A stretch of DNA of 63,029 bases, the filler included, from Sphacelaria rigidula (lineage: Eukaryota), in the NCBI GenBank assembly GCA_964200075.2. It is 7 parts of 7 records of this genome, joined end to end, with 100 filler letters (N's around TTAATTAATTAA, not from the genome) between each part and the next. Parts side by side here need not be neighbours in the genome. Positions count along the whole stretch, not along the records: positions 9,020 to 17,938 come from CAXNAA020009756.1; positions 18,039 to 26,957 come from CAXNAA020009757.1; 5 more parts are not named here. One strand, written 5' to 3'. The translations under genes and the position numbers were made by a program. Positions 11,992 through 25,000 of the stretch are shown piece after piece. How positions within the stretch are numbered: the first letter of the stretch is position 1; every line of letters begins with the position of its first letter. A model generated the notes under the pieces. That model worked only from the letters and a program-made list of their open reading frames with translations, did not search any database and was not told where the DNA came from.

Positions 11992-14900
11992 CTGACGGCG
12001 TATGACAGCAAGTCGTCAGACAACCCCGACGCCAAAGTGCTCAACATATGGTAGCTCTCGACAGCAGGCTCTTCTCCCCGAATGCACGGTTCGGCCTGGA
12101 AAAGAATGGAATACGAACACACAAGGTGCGGCGTGCGACAAAAATATATAGTGTACTATAAGTATAATATCTACATCTCGATGCTGACGGCTAAACGCCT
12201 CACTACACATGAAAAAAAAGAGTCGGGGTATTAACCATTATTGAACTATGCTGGGTATTGGTAGTAGAGCGATCAAGCACAACGTTGGCCACGGAGTAAA
12301 CCACCCCCCAGAGATGACTGTTTCAGGTTTGAATTCCTCGAAGGCTGTGGCGACCACTCTGCCGGAACGTGCCTGTTTGAAATCGCTTCGTCGTAATGTC
12401 TAGACATGGACGAGATTTTTTGCGCACACAGAGGTCTTTCGGTAGTAGGGGGTCTCGTTTCTCGCCGATATTGAGGGAAGGAGGGAAGGGGCTGGGGCAA
12501 TATCCTCCGTATAGAATCTAGCGATAGCGATGACTGCTCACGTGGATCGTCGAAAACATATATTTGGCGCCTTGTCACACGCTAACAAAGCTCCTCTTCC
12601 CCACAACTGACTCGTTGCTAGCAATTCAAATGCCGCCGGAGAAGTTAGTGCACGGGAGACAGACAAGAGATCTCACATGCACGACACCACCACCAGTCCA
12701 CCGATGACGGGAAGCGTATCTTCAAGGAGCATCAGATCGAAAATCAGATTCATACCCTCGTTTGGCAAGGTCACACGTCTGTCACCTTGGCCTGGTCGTC
12801 GAGTTTGGCAAGCGCGTCAGTGCACTTGATCATCAACTTAGGCAAGTCTTTGGCCCCAAGTTCTCGCTGCGTGCGGAACTCGCTGAAGCTCCTCTTCATC
12901 ATGTCCTCCACCGACCTGAGGGGAGCACAAAATAGCGTATGTGCAGTCGGCGTGAGCTGCACTCCAGTCAAGAATACAACAACGGCAAGAATGCTTGAGA
13001 ACTTGGGAACGTCTGTCCCGCGCAGCTTTAGTGAGTTAACAATCAAATTTCAAATGTTCAAAGTGTTGTAAGAATAGAATTTTGATCGCCATCGCCATGG
13101 CAACAGCAGTGACAATCAACACCAGCACATGGTAATGAACTGCACCACTGCCACCTTTAAGTGGATGCTCAATACCCGTACCGCTCTGCCCTGCACGTCA
13201 TCTCTGTACTGTATTGTGGTGCACTGTACTGTGCACTTTTCGTTACAATATGGAATATTGGACAGCAACAGCATCAACGGCAAGCGGGCCAAGGTTGGAC
13301 ACGCACACGAGAGGAATACTTGAAATTTTCCCTCTTCCTCTGCCCAAGTCGCCATGCAGTTCTCAGTTGCCAGCGTATAAAAAACCCGCGTAATGATTCA
13401 TTCTACGCTGAACTAAGTCACCACAGTGCCGGTGAATTGTATGAGTGTCCTGCACAACTCCGTGTACCTAAGATGAGGAGAACAGCAGCACAGCAATGTT
13501 GGCAATGTTTCTGTTGGCCAAGAGATCAGTGTTGGGTTGCAAAGTCACCGCGGTTTGCAATGTGTCTCCCCATCTACGCTTCAGGTCGTTACACTATTGC
13601 TGTACAGTAGTTGATCAGTAAGGCAGTTGATCCACGGTCGGGGCACTGACATGTCTTCCACTCTAAGCAAGTTGAGGATCATGTTCCACTTTAGGCGGAA
13701 CTGGCTCTCCAGCTTCGTCGCAGCACCCGTCAGCATCATCTGCCATTGTTAAAAAAACGCAGTTAGAGGATAGAATGACTCACGACGAGATCTGGTCATG
13801 AAATGAAGCGGGTATATTTGCTGCATTACATTTATCACGCGTCAGCATCATGTGCAATGGTTCACTTGCAACCAAAATCGATCATTATATGGTACAGTAG
13901 CATGGACGATCGTTATGCAGTGATTCCAAACCACTGTTAGACCAACAACGGAGTGTTGCGAAAAGTGAAAACGAAAAAAGTGTACGGGCACAGAATTTTA
14001 TCGTCTGTATTCAGAATTGTGTAAAATGGTACCCGTCAAAGGCACCTTCGAAGGAGCTACTCGTATTGCTGTTGATTGAACGTTTCGATGGTGCTCCAAT
14101 AATACCCCCCCAAGGCACCTTCAAGGGAAACCGGAGCACCCCGCAAAAGTTTTTGGAAGCTCCAGTGCCCTCGAAGGCAGGTGCCTTCTGCCTTCGTCGG
14201 GCATCACTGCCCACGAATCCCGACACCAAATAAAAATCAAGGAAATGGTAGCCCTCTTTCTCGAGGGGTACCATTTCCCACAATTCTGAACACCATCGAA
14301 AAAAATCCTTTCTCGAAAAGAAGCGCTTTTCTCGTTTTTCAGAACCCCCACTTCCGTGTACAGTACAACCATTGGATCGAAATATCATCCATCCATATCG
14401 ACGAGTGATGAGGCAACAGCAACAACTATATATTTCTGCCATCAGTCGACTAGTGAACCGGTGGGTGAACCAGCCAGTCAATCGATCAGCTCACAGCTCA
14501 TGTCTCATATACGATTTTCGATATTTGATTTTGCAAAACTCCCCAATAGTCCCTCACTATGAGCGAGTTGTACAAAGGGCCAAGCGAGTACTTACCTTGA
14601 GATTGACGAGTGGCGGCGGCTCGCTCCAACACGTGATGATCACTGTTCCCACCTTGTCCAAGCCTCGTCGGCCAGCCCTCCCGGCCATTTGCGTATACTC
14701 CCCAGGAAGGAGATCTCTGCACAATACAATGCGTTGAATAAAAGTTAGTAAGTAAGCATTTCACTGTAGTTCAAGGTTGACGCGATGGTGTAATGTCTTC
14801 GCTTTCCCGTGTGATTGTACAACTTTACTCTCGTCTTTGATCTAGTTATGTTAACGCTTAACGTGCACTTTGTCATGATTATGACTTTTGTGACTATTAT

Positions 14901-17418
14901 CGCACATCAGCCCGATCTCTCCAACCCGGGGTCACAGACGTAGGGTCACCCTTCCACTACCGTCACTACAACTACTCTGCCTTACATGAGACACAAGGGC
15001 TCATAAGGCGGCTTCTGTTGAGATTTGAGACACCGAAACAAAACAAAAACAAAACAATAAGAAATGCTCATCAATTAGTCCACAATGGAGTGGAGTGAAA
15101 GACTCCTTTCATTTGATCGCATCCACATCCAGTTTGCAAGTATGCACAGCGCGATCTTCTAGTCCAGGCTTCGCTCGTTCAAATTGAAATGTCATGGCAT
15201 GCGTTTTGCTTCAGGTGATCATGACCTGGCGCATTTGTCTTCCTTCATGCTGCCAGCTACGGCATAAAAAATGCCGTTGTACAGTTGTTGGCAAAACACT
15301 AGCGATTACCCATGAAACGCCTGCTAGTAAACGGCTGAGTCCTGCAGAGTCGTGAATGACAAACTCGAGCGGCGGATTCTTACAGCTGTGCAACACCAAA
15401 ATTGATGCACCTACCTTAGCCTATCGATTGTTGAAATCTTTGTTTTGCCTTCAGCTTATGGCGATGCTCCTTACCTCTATTTCCTGCTCATACTTACGTT
15501 GTATTTGAGACCCCCTTTGTTCCCTTCCTTACTTTCTGCTGGCGTTTTCTAATACCTACAATGGTTTGCCTTTCTTTTTTCTGTTGAGCCGTATACGTGT
15601 TCCGAATTTGCGGAGCTGGCGGGTAAGGTGAGATTTGCGGCCCAAATGGTGCTGTCTCTAGATAGCTAGCTCAGTCACAACATGCTTTTCCGGAGCTGCG
15701 TTTTGCGCGACCTCCATACCTCAAGCTCTGGCAGGGGCCTGTTGGGTTTTTTCTCGGGACCGAAGCGGTATTACATTTTAGCCTAGAGTTTTCTTGACTA
15801 TTTTGCCATTTTCCTTGGATTGATCTCTTTTCGTTATTTTTCATCCCTTACTTATTTTTCCAATTTCCCTTTTTTTCGAGTTTCCTTCAGGGAGTGCTTC
15901 TGTGTACTACTGTATAGTCATCTTGGGTACGTACGTCCCGTTCATGCCTTGTGACCGAGCATACCTTGATTCGTAGCGGAAGATGCAATCATCATCTTCA
16001 CCTTCATCTTCATCTTCATGTTTATGCCTATAGTTATGCTTATGTGCGGCAAGCAACCTATCCATCACTACGGAGTAACACAATACCCCGAAGCGTTTTG
16101 TTTGTAAATGCCATGTCTGCGTATATACGTGACCTGACGGCCAAACCTCACCACTGGAATGAGCTGTGCTTCGCCAACTGTGCTTGTGTGACCCACATGA
16201 CATCATTTCGACAAAAATTGAGGCATGGAAAAGAAAAGAGTATGAATGTGGTCATGTCAGCCGCCAGAAAGTTACAATAGTAGTTCAAACAGAACCGAAA
16301 AAGGGCAACACTAGCAGAGCATCACACGCGGCAAATGCTAATTCAACTTTTCATGCCTTTTCTGCTTTCTGCGGCCTCTTTTATCTTGGTGTTTTCCTAC
16401 GCCGAACTCGTAGCCTGCAGGTGTTGTGAGGTGCAACTTCACCATACATATTTTGGTTACTTCCCGCCCCCAACTACCTCAACCAATATCGATACAAGAG
16501 CACCAGACATCAACGGGTATTGCACCCGCAGGGTGTCCTATCATATATCAGATTCGAAATTGAGTTATCAGCCGAGATATAGGCCTACGGAGGCATTTTC
16601 AGGCGACCCTGGTCTTCTAGCGGGGAGGGTTTGCCCTCGCAAGATACATTCGATCCTCGTGCCCGCGGGTGATGTACCGCTGAACGCCAGTCACCGTCCT
16701 CGCGCAGTAGCCAAGACTTCATGGGTAGCCAATTACACTGCAAAACGATGACGCAGCAATGTCAGTCTGACATGAAACAACGTAAGGCATGATATATTGT
16801 ACCGCTTGCCTGAAATCCTTGCCGTCGTGCTTACGGGTGCCGTTGAACACCACTGTCCTGGCCGGCATGTTGACACCCATGGCGAAGGTTTCCGTGGCGA
16901 ACAGAACCTTGACCAGACCTCGGCTGAAGCAAATTTCCACGATTTCCTGTTTACAGATGGACGAAATATGTAGCTGTCAGCGTGTAGTGGGCAAAACATT
17001 CCATGCTGTCGTACGCATGCCACCTCGATACCTGCCCTCCCCTGAGAGACAACATCACAATAACACTCTGTGTGTACCGCCAACTCATCGAGCACTTATC
17101 ATATCAAGCGTGCCATCATCCACCGTTGCCTTGCACACCTCCACTTATGGTACCATGCATACTGCCATCTAGCATTCCTGTCTTGTCTTGAGTGATGCCA
17201 TTCGTTGTATCAGTAAGTAACATTGTTATTGCCATATAGCCATACAGCCATAACATACAAGCCCCTTCTCGGGTATTAATAGTAGATATTGGCTTATTGG
17301 CTTATTTGGCATCCAAGTACCGTGGTGTTCATGCAGTATGGCTTGCCTTGAGAATGGGAAGGAGCCCGCCGTGGTGTACCCCGATGCCCCTTGACAGCAT
17401 CTCCTTCAGCATCAGCAC
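11992..17418 (-). CDS. SKI2: SKI2 (SKIV2L/SKIC2) DExH RNA helicase, internal fragment; exons 17418-17347, 16946-16810, 14716-14596, 13739-13651, 12915-12786, 12095-11992
   Basis: The spliced translation is in frame: [97 protein letters not shown].../[43 protein letters not shown].../[15 protein letters not shown]. Helicase motifs IVa, V and VI are present. KHDG, LESQFRL and MMKRSFSEF favour SKI2 over MTR4. All splice phases match. Confidence 0.93.
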
Positions 17419-19089
17419 CTGCATCATCACGTGGCACACAACTTTCAATTCCATTTACAGTATGACACTCAACACTGGTACCGTAGATAGCGAGGGATGT
17501 CCTCCCTCACCGATACTTTCTTCACCCTCGTTTGTATCAACTGGGAACACCCTTCGCTCCCAAAATAAAAGAAGACGCCCCGCATAGGGACGGACATCCC
17601 GACTAGAAATTTTCAAGCACACAAGTTTCTTCGGCGTCATTAGCACCACCAAAGTTCGTCACAGGGTGGTGTGATCAAACATCCTTCGGAACCAAGCGTA
17701 CCTGCATCATAAAGAGGTACATGCTTCTTGAAAATATTCAGCATCAAGCCGACACTCAACTGCAAGCTGGTTCACTCTCACCACCCAAAATTTACCCATC
17801 CGAAAATGTTTCCGCCGATGCATGGAGTTAACTATGAAGCATTACACGCATATACTATGGAACATTACGAAATTATACCGAAGGGGTCTTCTGATTTCGA
17901 GTCATCCTACGATAGCGGGGGGGGGGTATTTTGGGCCANNNNNNNNNNNNNNNNNNNNNNNNNNNNNNNNNNNNNNNNNNNNTTAATTAATTAANNNNNN
18001 NNNNNNNNNNNNNNNNNNNNNNNNNNNNNNNNNNNNNNAACAGTGCTTCGTCTCGAAAGGGATGCGTGGTTAATGGTCAAATGACTAAGGCAAGCAACAA
18101 ATGAGTACGCCCCCCGCGCGCACGCGCAAATTGTCAGTGTGGTACTCAAGAGCTCTGCAGAGTACTTGCCGTATAACAAGTCAGAGCACATTGATTTTTC
18201 GGTGATAAAACCACTGCTACTTCGCCGAGGTCTTGCGGAGTATTTGACGATCTCAGCACGTAACTTTATATGTGCGATAGTACAAGTCCGCGCGTATGTC
18301 AAAGAGTCAGTTGTTTTTCCATTGTCAGAGAGTCATTCAAACGGAGGAGGCGACCTTACAGTTCTGCGTGCGCGAGCTATTAATAGGCTGAACGCGCACT
18401 TCACGGAGGTCACACGCTCATCTGCGTGCAATTCATGGGAGAGTCGTGACGCTGAATGGGTTATGTGACAAATAACCCCGACACGGCCCTAGCCAAAGGC
18501 GTCGATGCTGCTGAGGATGGATAGTGCGCAGTGTTCACACACAATGAGCAAGCAGTCAGTACTGCATTATCATAGTGCACTCAGCACGGCGGGGGTCGCA
18601 TGTTCGAGAAGACGGCACGAACTTCGTCCTGTACTTGTCTCCAGAGCCACTGCTTCACTTGCAACCGCTTGCGTTATGCACCGTGACGTTACTCCTGCGG
18701 GGGGTGCTGCTCTCGCCCCCTTGGGTAAACGCCTGTTGAGCCAGCTGTCCGGTCCAAGTTGTGATGACCCGTCTTGCCACGATGACTTCTTCTCTGAGCC
18801 CAGTACATGTTACACTGCGAAGCATGACTGGTGCGACTGGAACGAAAAAATTTAAATGATGCGTTGCTTGGAAAGCCACCACACTATCGAAAGAGAAAGC
18901 ACTGCCAGAGGATTTCGTCCCCATCGACGCGGCAGGCTCGCTCGAGAGACTAAGCAAATGCGGAGGACAACCGACGGTTGCCACTTTTATCTAAACCAGT
19001 AGCCACAAGTAAAGCTCGCCCATGTTGATGCAGAGGAGATGAGAAATCTACTGAAGAATGCGTGCCCCCTCTTGTGTTTGCTGCTGTAG

Positions 19090-22000
19090 GTGACAATGAG
19101 GCGGCGTTTTCTGTTTCTCCGGTGACGTTCCACAACCGCGGCGGGGAGTCCTTCTTAGCACTTGGCACAGCAAAGGGTCTCACCTTCCATCCTCGGAGTC
19201 ACGAAGGCTGCTTCGTCCACTTATACAGGTGAAGTAGGCCTTGTCATGCGAAAAAAAAAAAAGACCTGTGCTCTAACTAAATGCTGGATTTTTTTTTTTG
19301 TTGTTGCCGCGCCCCGGTGGTGTATGGTCCGACTGTCGCGATTAGGGTGGAGGGAATGAGGGTTCGATTCCCGATGCGTTGAGTTTTTCCTTCGTAGTAT
19401 CTGATTCCCACCGTAGAAAGCGTGAGCACGTGAGTGAACAAAAGGTGATAGACTGAGTTCGTTCGGCGAGAGTTGACGCGGTGTGGGAGTGCTGATAGTC
19501 ATGATCCAATCCGCGAGACCAAAATGCAAGGCGTGTACCGTTGAGAGACGGGTTGACCCCTTGAGACCACGGACTCGTCCCGAGGAACGGGAGGGGTTCA
19601 AGGTGCGACAATAAAAAAAATGAAGATGGAAATGAAAATAATTGTAAGATGAGAGCACTGAGCTTTCGGGGTGACGAAACAAGAGTTGGCAGACATGATC
19701 GTGTATTTTCTTGTCATGGACCATGCCCTATTCCTTCTTCATCGCTCCCTGTGACTCTTCGTGTGAACAGGGTTTTGGAAAACCGCCTGGTACTCCTCCA
19801 TAAAACAGAGGTAGACGACGTGCCACTGGCCATGCGGGAGTTTCAGGGGAGGCTCCTCGTCGGCGTTGGCAGGAGTCTCAGAGTGAGTCAAACTCCTTGT
19901 TCAACTGCAAGCACAGTTCTACTGAATTTGACTTTGTGCGCATATTGGAGAATCTCAGTGGCACGTTGACGACGCCGTCCTACCGTAGGTTGCATAAGAT
20001 ACCACACCCCTGTGATGAATGATAACATTTCAGGCGTGAAAAAATCATCAAACCGGTGCGATATTGAGTATGGAGTGTGATATCTTCTGTCACCGGTCTG
20101 ATATCCCCATTGGGGGTGTGATGGTAATGGGGTGTGACTGACAGACTTCCGGACTTTCTCGTGCAGTGAGTCGAAAAAACGACTCTACGAACCGTGGAGC
20201 CGCCGCTGGAGTCTGACGCACTGCAGTCTGGGGCCCAGAGCCTCCAGCAGGGTTGTATTCTGCATCCATTTCCATGATATTGTCGATCCCCACAGCTGTG
20301 GCACGCAGTTTGCGTGCGCTTGTGTGCATTGTCACACGTCACCACTCCCGTGTGACAAACCGGGGCTCCGTGGATGATATGCGACACCACCCAGGGGGTG
20401 TGATATCTCATGTCACCGTGTGATGAAGTGACGCTTTTTTTGGGAATATAAAAATAGCACACGGGTGTGGTGACGTGTAACTTTTCGAAAGGGGTGTGAT
20501 ATCTTATACAACCTACGGTAATTTGCTTCGATTCCGTGCCAAACACGCACGCGCATCATATTATGAAAGGACCAATCGTCCCTGCTGCTGCTGTGTGCGT
20601 GTGTATGTATGTGTGTGCGTGCTGCGCGACATGGTCCATCAGATGTACGACTTGGGGAGGAAAAAGCTCTTACGAAAGTGCGAGAACAAGCAGATGCCAA
20701 CAATGGTGGTGAGCTTAACCGTCACTGGCGACCGGGTGTTTGCTGGTGACCAGATGGAGAGCTGCCACTGCTTCAAGTATCGCAGGGCAGAGAACCAGCT
20801 GGTGGAATTTGCCGATGATGAGGTAAAGGTCCAAACGTGTTTTGGTATAGATGCTGTCGTGAAAGTTGTTTGGTGTCTAGCCTTTTTCGGGAAAGGTGGA
20901 GCTTTTCTGCAGTACTATATCATGAATCTAAAACCGATTTGTGTCACGTACGCGCCCGAAGCTATGCTTGATCTCCTCTTTCTAGGGGCATATTTGGTGG
21001 CGCGCCGTTTCGTGTATTCAAGAAGTGAAGCATCTGTGTGTAGTTAGTGGGTGTCTGCTGGTTGGGGTGGAGCCCGTTGCTCCTCGACTGCCACGGGAAA
21101 ATGTGCTTGACGTCTCTGCGTCATTTTTAGGATGTTGCTGCGACGCTAAAAAAATGCCGTGCGTCGGTTCCGTGCGGTATCTATCCGCTTCGGAACGGGG
21201 CAGCACGTGGAAGTGGGTTTGCAGCACCGTGTTATGGATGATAATTGGAGATCCCACGATATGGAGGTGCACCTTTGCTTGGCAGGTACCTCGCTTCATG
21301 ACCAAGACTTGTATATTGGACTATGACAGTATTGCGGGCGCAGACAAGTTCGGCAACATCTTCGTTCTTCGGGTTCCTGCTGATGTCAGCGATGACATCG
21401 ACAACCCCACAGGTGCGTCTGGCTTTTGCTTGCCGGGTGTGTCTCTTGTCTGCTGGCGTATGTGCTTATCGCTGATGTAACATACTTACAAGTAGCAAGT
21501 TGCAATATTACCAGCGTCTTGGTGTTGTCTGTTGAAAATGACCAAATTAAATTAGATCTGCGCTCTGTAGGCATTGTGTTGATATCGTGTACAAACTGCA
21601 TGTGCCCTTTTTCATCGCACGTATGTTCCTATTCCAGGAAACCGGCTTTTGTGGGACTCGGGTCATCTAAGCGGGGCACCAAATAAGGTCGAGCAGCAAA
21701 TGCAGGTGATGTACAGTTTGTTCGTGGTCGTCTTGGATCGTGTGCTGCTACGTGAAGAACACGGGCCACTGGAGACAACGAAAACCACCGCAGAATCGCT
21801 AAAAAACAAGGAAAACCACCTCACCTGGAAGCCACTGCCAACGGAAACTAAATCAGTGTTGGGCGTGTCTTGTCCCATATATTCTGGACACCGGTGTACA
21901 CCTCTCGGTATATTTGGGCGCACCAGCTGCGGTCACACAGGAGGAAGGCAACACAGGAGATTTTTTCTCTTGTTTGTTTTAGTCCTCTAAGTCCCTTCTA

Positions 22001-25000
22001 CGGTGCTTGCTTTCTTTTTATCGCGAGAGGGTTGCAGCACTCCCTTTACTTCGTCGACCATTAGGTGCCCTTTTGTGTACCCACGGCATGGTCGCTCTCC
22101 ACTGCTGGGCATTTTGTGAGAAAAAATCCCAGATCGCTCCGAGATTCGAACCCACGACCCAACCGTCAGAGGCTGTCGAGGTTACCGACTGAGCCACCGG
22201 GGCGACCAGCTTGGTCATGGGCAATGATATTCAAACTTGTTGTGTACAAGTACGCATTATCAACTCGCTGCACGCTGCAGATTGTATGCCCAGTTTTGCA
22301 TCGATGGATGACATCTGAGAAGCAAAGTAGAGAAATGTGTGACGCACTTTTGTTTCCTCCGGGCGTGTGGGACCATGCAGTGTCTTCAAAACTACTGTTT
22401 GACACCTTACACTTACCTTCAGCAAATCTTTCACGTACGGAAAGTGAAATGTAGTGTAGTAGTGGCTTTACGTTGAGCACGCAGTTTGCTGTTCCGAATA
22501 GGAAAAACTGAAAAAGAAAAAAGAATGTGACTGTTTCATTGTTATTTCATGTTCTGTGCTGTCATACGGGTCGCTAAACGAACAGTGTAAAGCATGCGTC
22601 AAATCGTCCATGCCATCAACATCACAGCGCCCGCCCAGCTGTCAGAAACTACCTCACAACACGACGGATGCTTCCAGCTTGCGTTGCTTCCGGTGAGCAC
22701 CCAGCAGTGCAGCAGGTCCACTCAATCTATATCATGGCATTTTTCATCATGAAGGAAATGTCTCTTGAGAGTACAGAGTGTCCACCAATGTGCCATCGCA
22801 CTTGTGATTTGAATCAATCAGGAAATTTTAACGGGTCGCAGCCGCAAAGTAGGCGTAACGCATAGACCTGCATCGCTCTCCCTTGGAAGGTGCTCCAGGT
22901 CTTGACCGTCGAATCCCCGTGTCACCCATGCCCTCTTCATGTTTCGAGATTGAGCCGTCCAGGCGGCAACTGAAATGTCAATGGTTTTTGAAATAGCTCG
23001 CAAGTGACAATCTATCTCCACGCTTAACCCAGTAGAAGCTTGCATAGTGTCCTTGTTGGTGAATAGGTGAAACGCCTGCGTGCTTCGGAGCACTCACGAT
23101 TTGTCGTTTCTTGACTGAAAACGTGTTGGTATGGATGCACCCTAGGCCAGGTATTTTGACCTGCAGAGCACTCACGACCGCACCTTCCAGAAGTGATTTA
23201 ATGACCATACACAACGCTGGATGCAGCAATGTCTTGCCGTTAGCTAGCGATCAACTAGTTTGACAGACTACAACGGGGAAATAACATCACTGGTGCACCA
23301 GCACAAACTTGGTGAGACAGCTTTGTTCATGCATGGTGCACATTGCCGAGTCCAAGCGGCGAGACCAAATCTGTGTTGCCTGTGCTCCTGTACTGTTGTG
23401 CTGCACAAAACTTGCACCGCAAACAAGGGTGGGTTCAGTTACGCTTGTTATGCTCCAGAGTACAGTGCAATAGTAGTACCCCGAAGGCTGCAAGCATATT
23501 TGAGCGCCATTGTGCATGCGTACAAGCTCAACTCCTGTGCGATACTGCAGTACACCACAGGGTAGCGCAGTCTTGGATACTAGTTTTATAGAGTAGTACA
23601 CAACCCCCCTTTCGCACATATTCCCAGACGTATATCGGGGGTTTCCTGTACCCGTCGTAGTTGATAGCCTAGCTCAGTTTTTCTTTTTTTGTTTCGTTCT
23701 TCTATTTCAATGTTTTTTTGTAACGAGTAACTTACTCTGTATTCTATTTTCTTCTTTATTTTTGCCCTTTTTCTTGAGTTTTGTTCACCACCTGGTAGTA
23801 GGGACTGTACCTGTTTACAGTGTTCCAGTACTCGTAGGGTACCGTACGTCCACCTTGTGACCACGACTGTATACTGTAGTATTCGTAGCAGATGAAGTAA
23901 TTCGGAAATATCAGTCCATCGAATCAATGAAGTAATGAAAGTCAAGTTTCGAGAAATAAATGCGCAGCTTTGGGTAAAAAGCGGAGTGCAACCGGCTCTC
24001 GTAAGTTGCTGTATGGCGAGTGTATGGTAATGAAAGTACTGTGCCCATGGCGCAGCATGTACAGTACAAACCTCAGCGACTCGCAGTGACCTCAACCCTA
24101 CCTTGCGTTCCCCATCCGTTTCCGCGCAGTTCCACGTCGGAGAGGTGGTGACTTCGCTTCAGAAGACCACGTTGGTGCCTGGTGGAGCAGAAGTTCTTTT
24201 GTTCTCCACCATCAGTGGGTCGATCGGGGCTATTCTGCCCTTCAAGAGCAGGTCGGTGCTACTGTTGGTTAGCTGTGCTAGCATAGTGATGCGTGATGTG
24301 GGAAGTCGCTCTCGTCGGCGATGATTTTTTCTCGTGTTTTTCACCATTGAACCATTGAAACTTGTGATAAGCGTGCCGTCGATGCGCATGGTAAGATTGC
24401 AGATTGCACTCGCTCTGGCTGCTGCAAGAGGTGTCCTGTGGAGGGTGACGACTTCATTCTGGTTTAAGAAACAGGCTGTGCAAGTCGTTGCCCTTCGTTG
24501 ATTCATTTGTTTTTACCGTAGTTTGCTCCCATGTCAGGAAGGGCTGGGGCAAGCATAGAGGAGGGCGCTCTGAGCAGCTACAGGTTGGTTCAGGGTGAAC
24601 CACCGAAACATACTCCCCAGCGATTGCTGACGCCGAATCTTGGAGTTGAACCCTGAAATTTTGCATACGAGTTTTCTGATATATCTAGAAGGACTGTATT
24701 CGTAGGGTCTTGAGAGTTTTTGTTTTTCGTCGGACATCCGGGGTCCCAGGAGGGTCGGTCTTTCGCGTACATGTGTATATCTCAACGCACAAACGACCAA
24801 TTGCTCACGCCGTTTTTTGGGGTTGGGCCCTGAAGTTTTGCATACGGGTTCTCTGTGATATTTAGAAAGAGGTGTATGAATGGGTCTTCCGATTTCTTTA
24901 TTTTCCGCCAGATATCCGGAGTCCCAGGAGGAGAGATTCTTGATCTTTCAGAGAACCTTTATGCAAAATTCCGGGGTCTAACTCCAAAAAACGGCGTGAG

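Noticed and set aside
22130..22207. Functional tRNA gene (also 19306-19380)
   Set aside because: A and B boxes are present, but the acceptor stem and anticodon loop are not canonical, and the sequence continues into a repeated SINE body.
22650..23230. Possible hAT transposase relic (minus-strand TIDISVAAWTAQ resembling the D.WT motif)
   Set aside because: The catalytic Asp is absent, the frames are fragmented and no termini were found.
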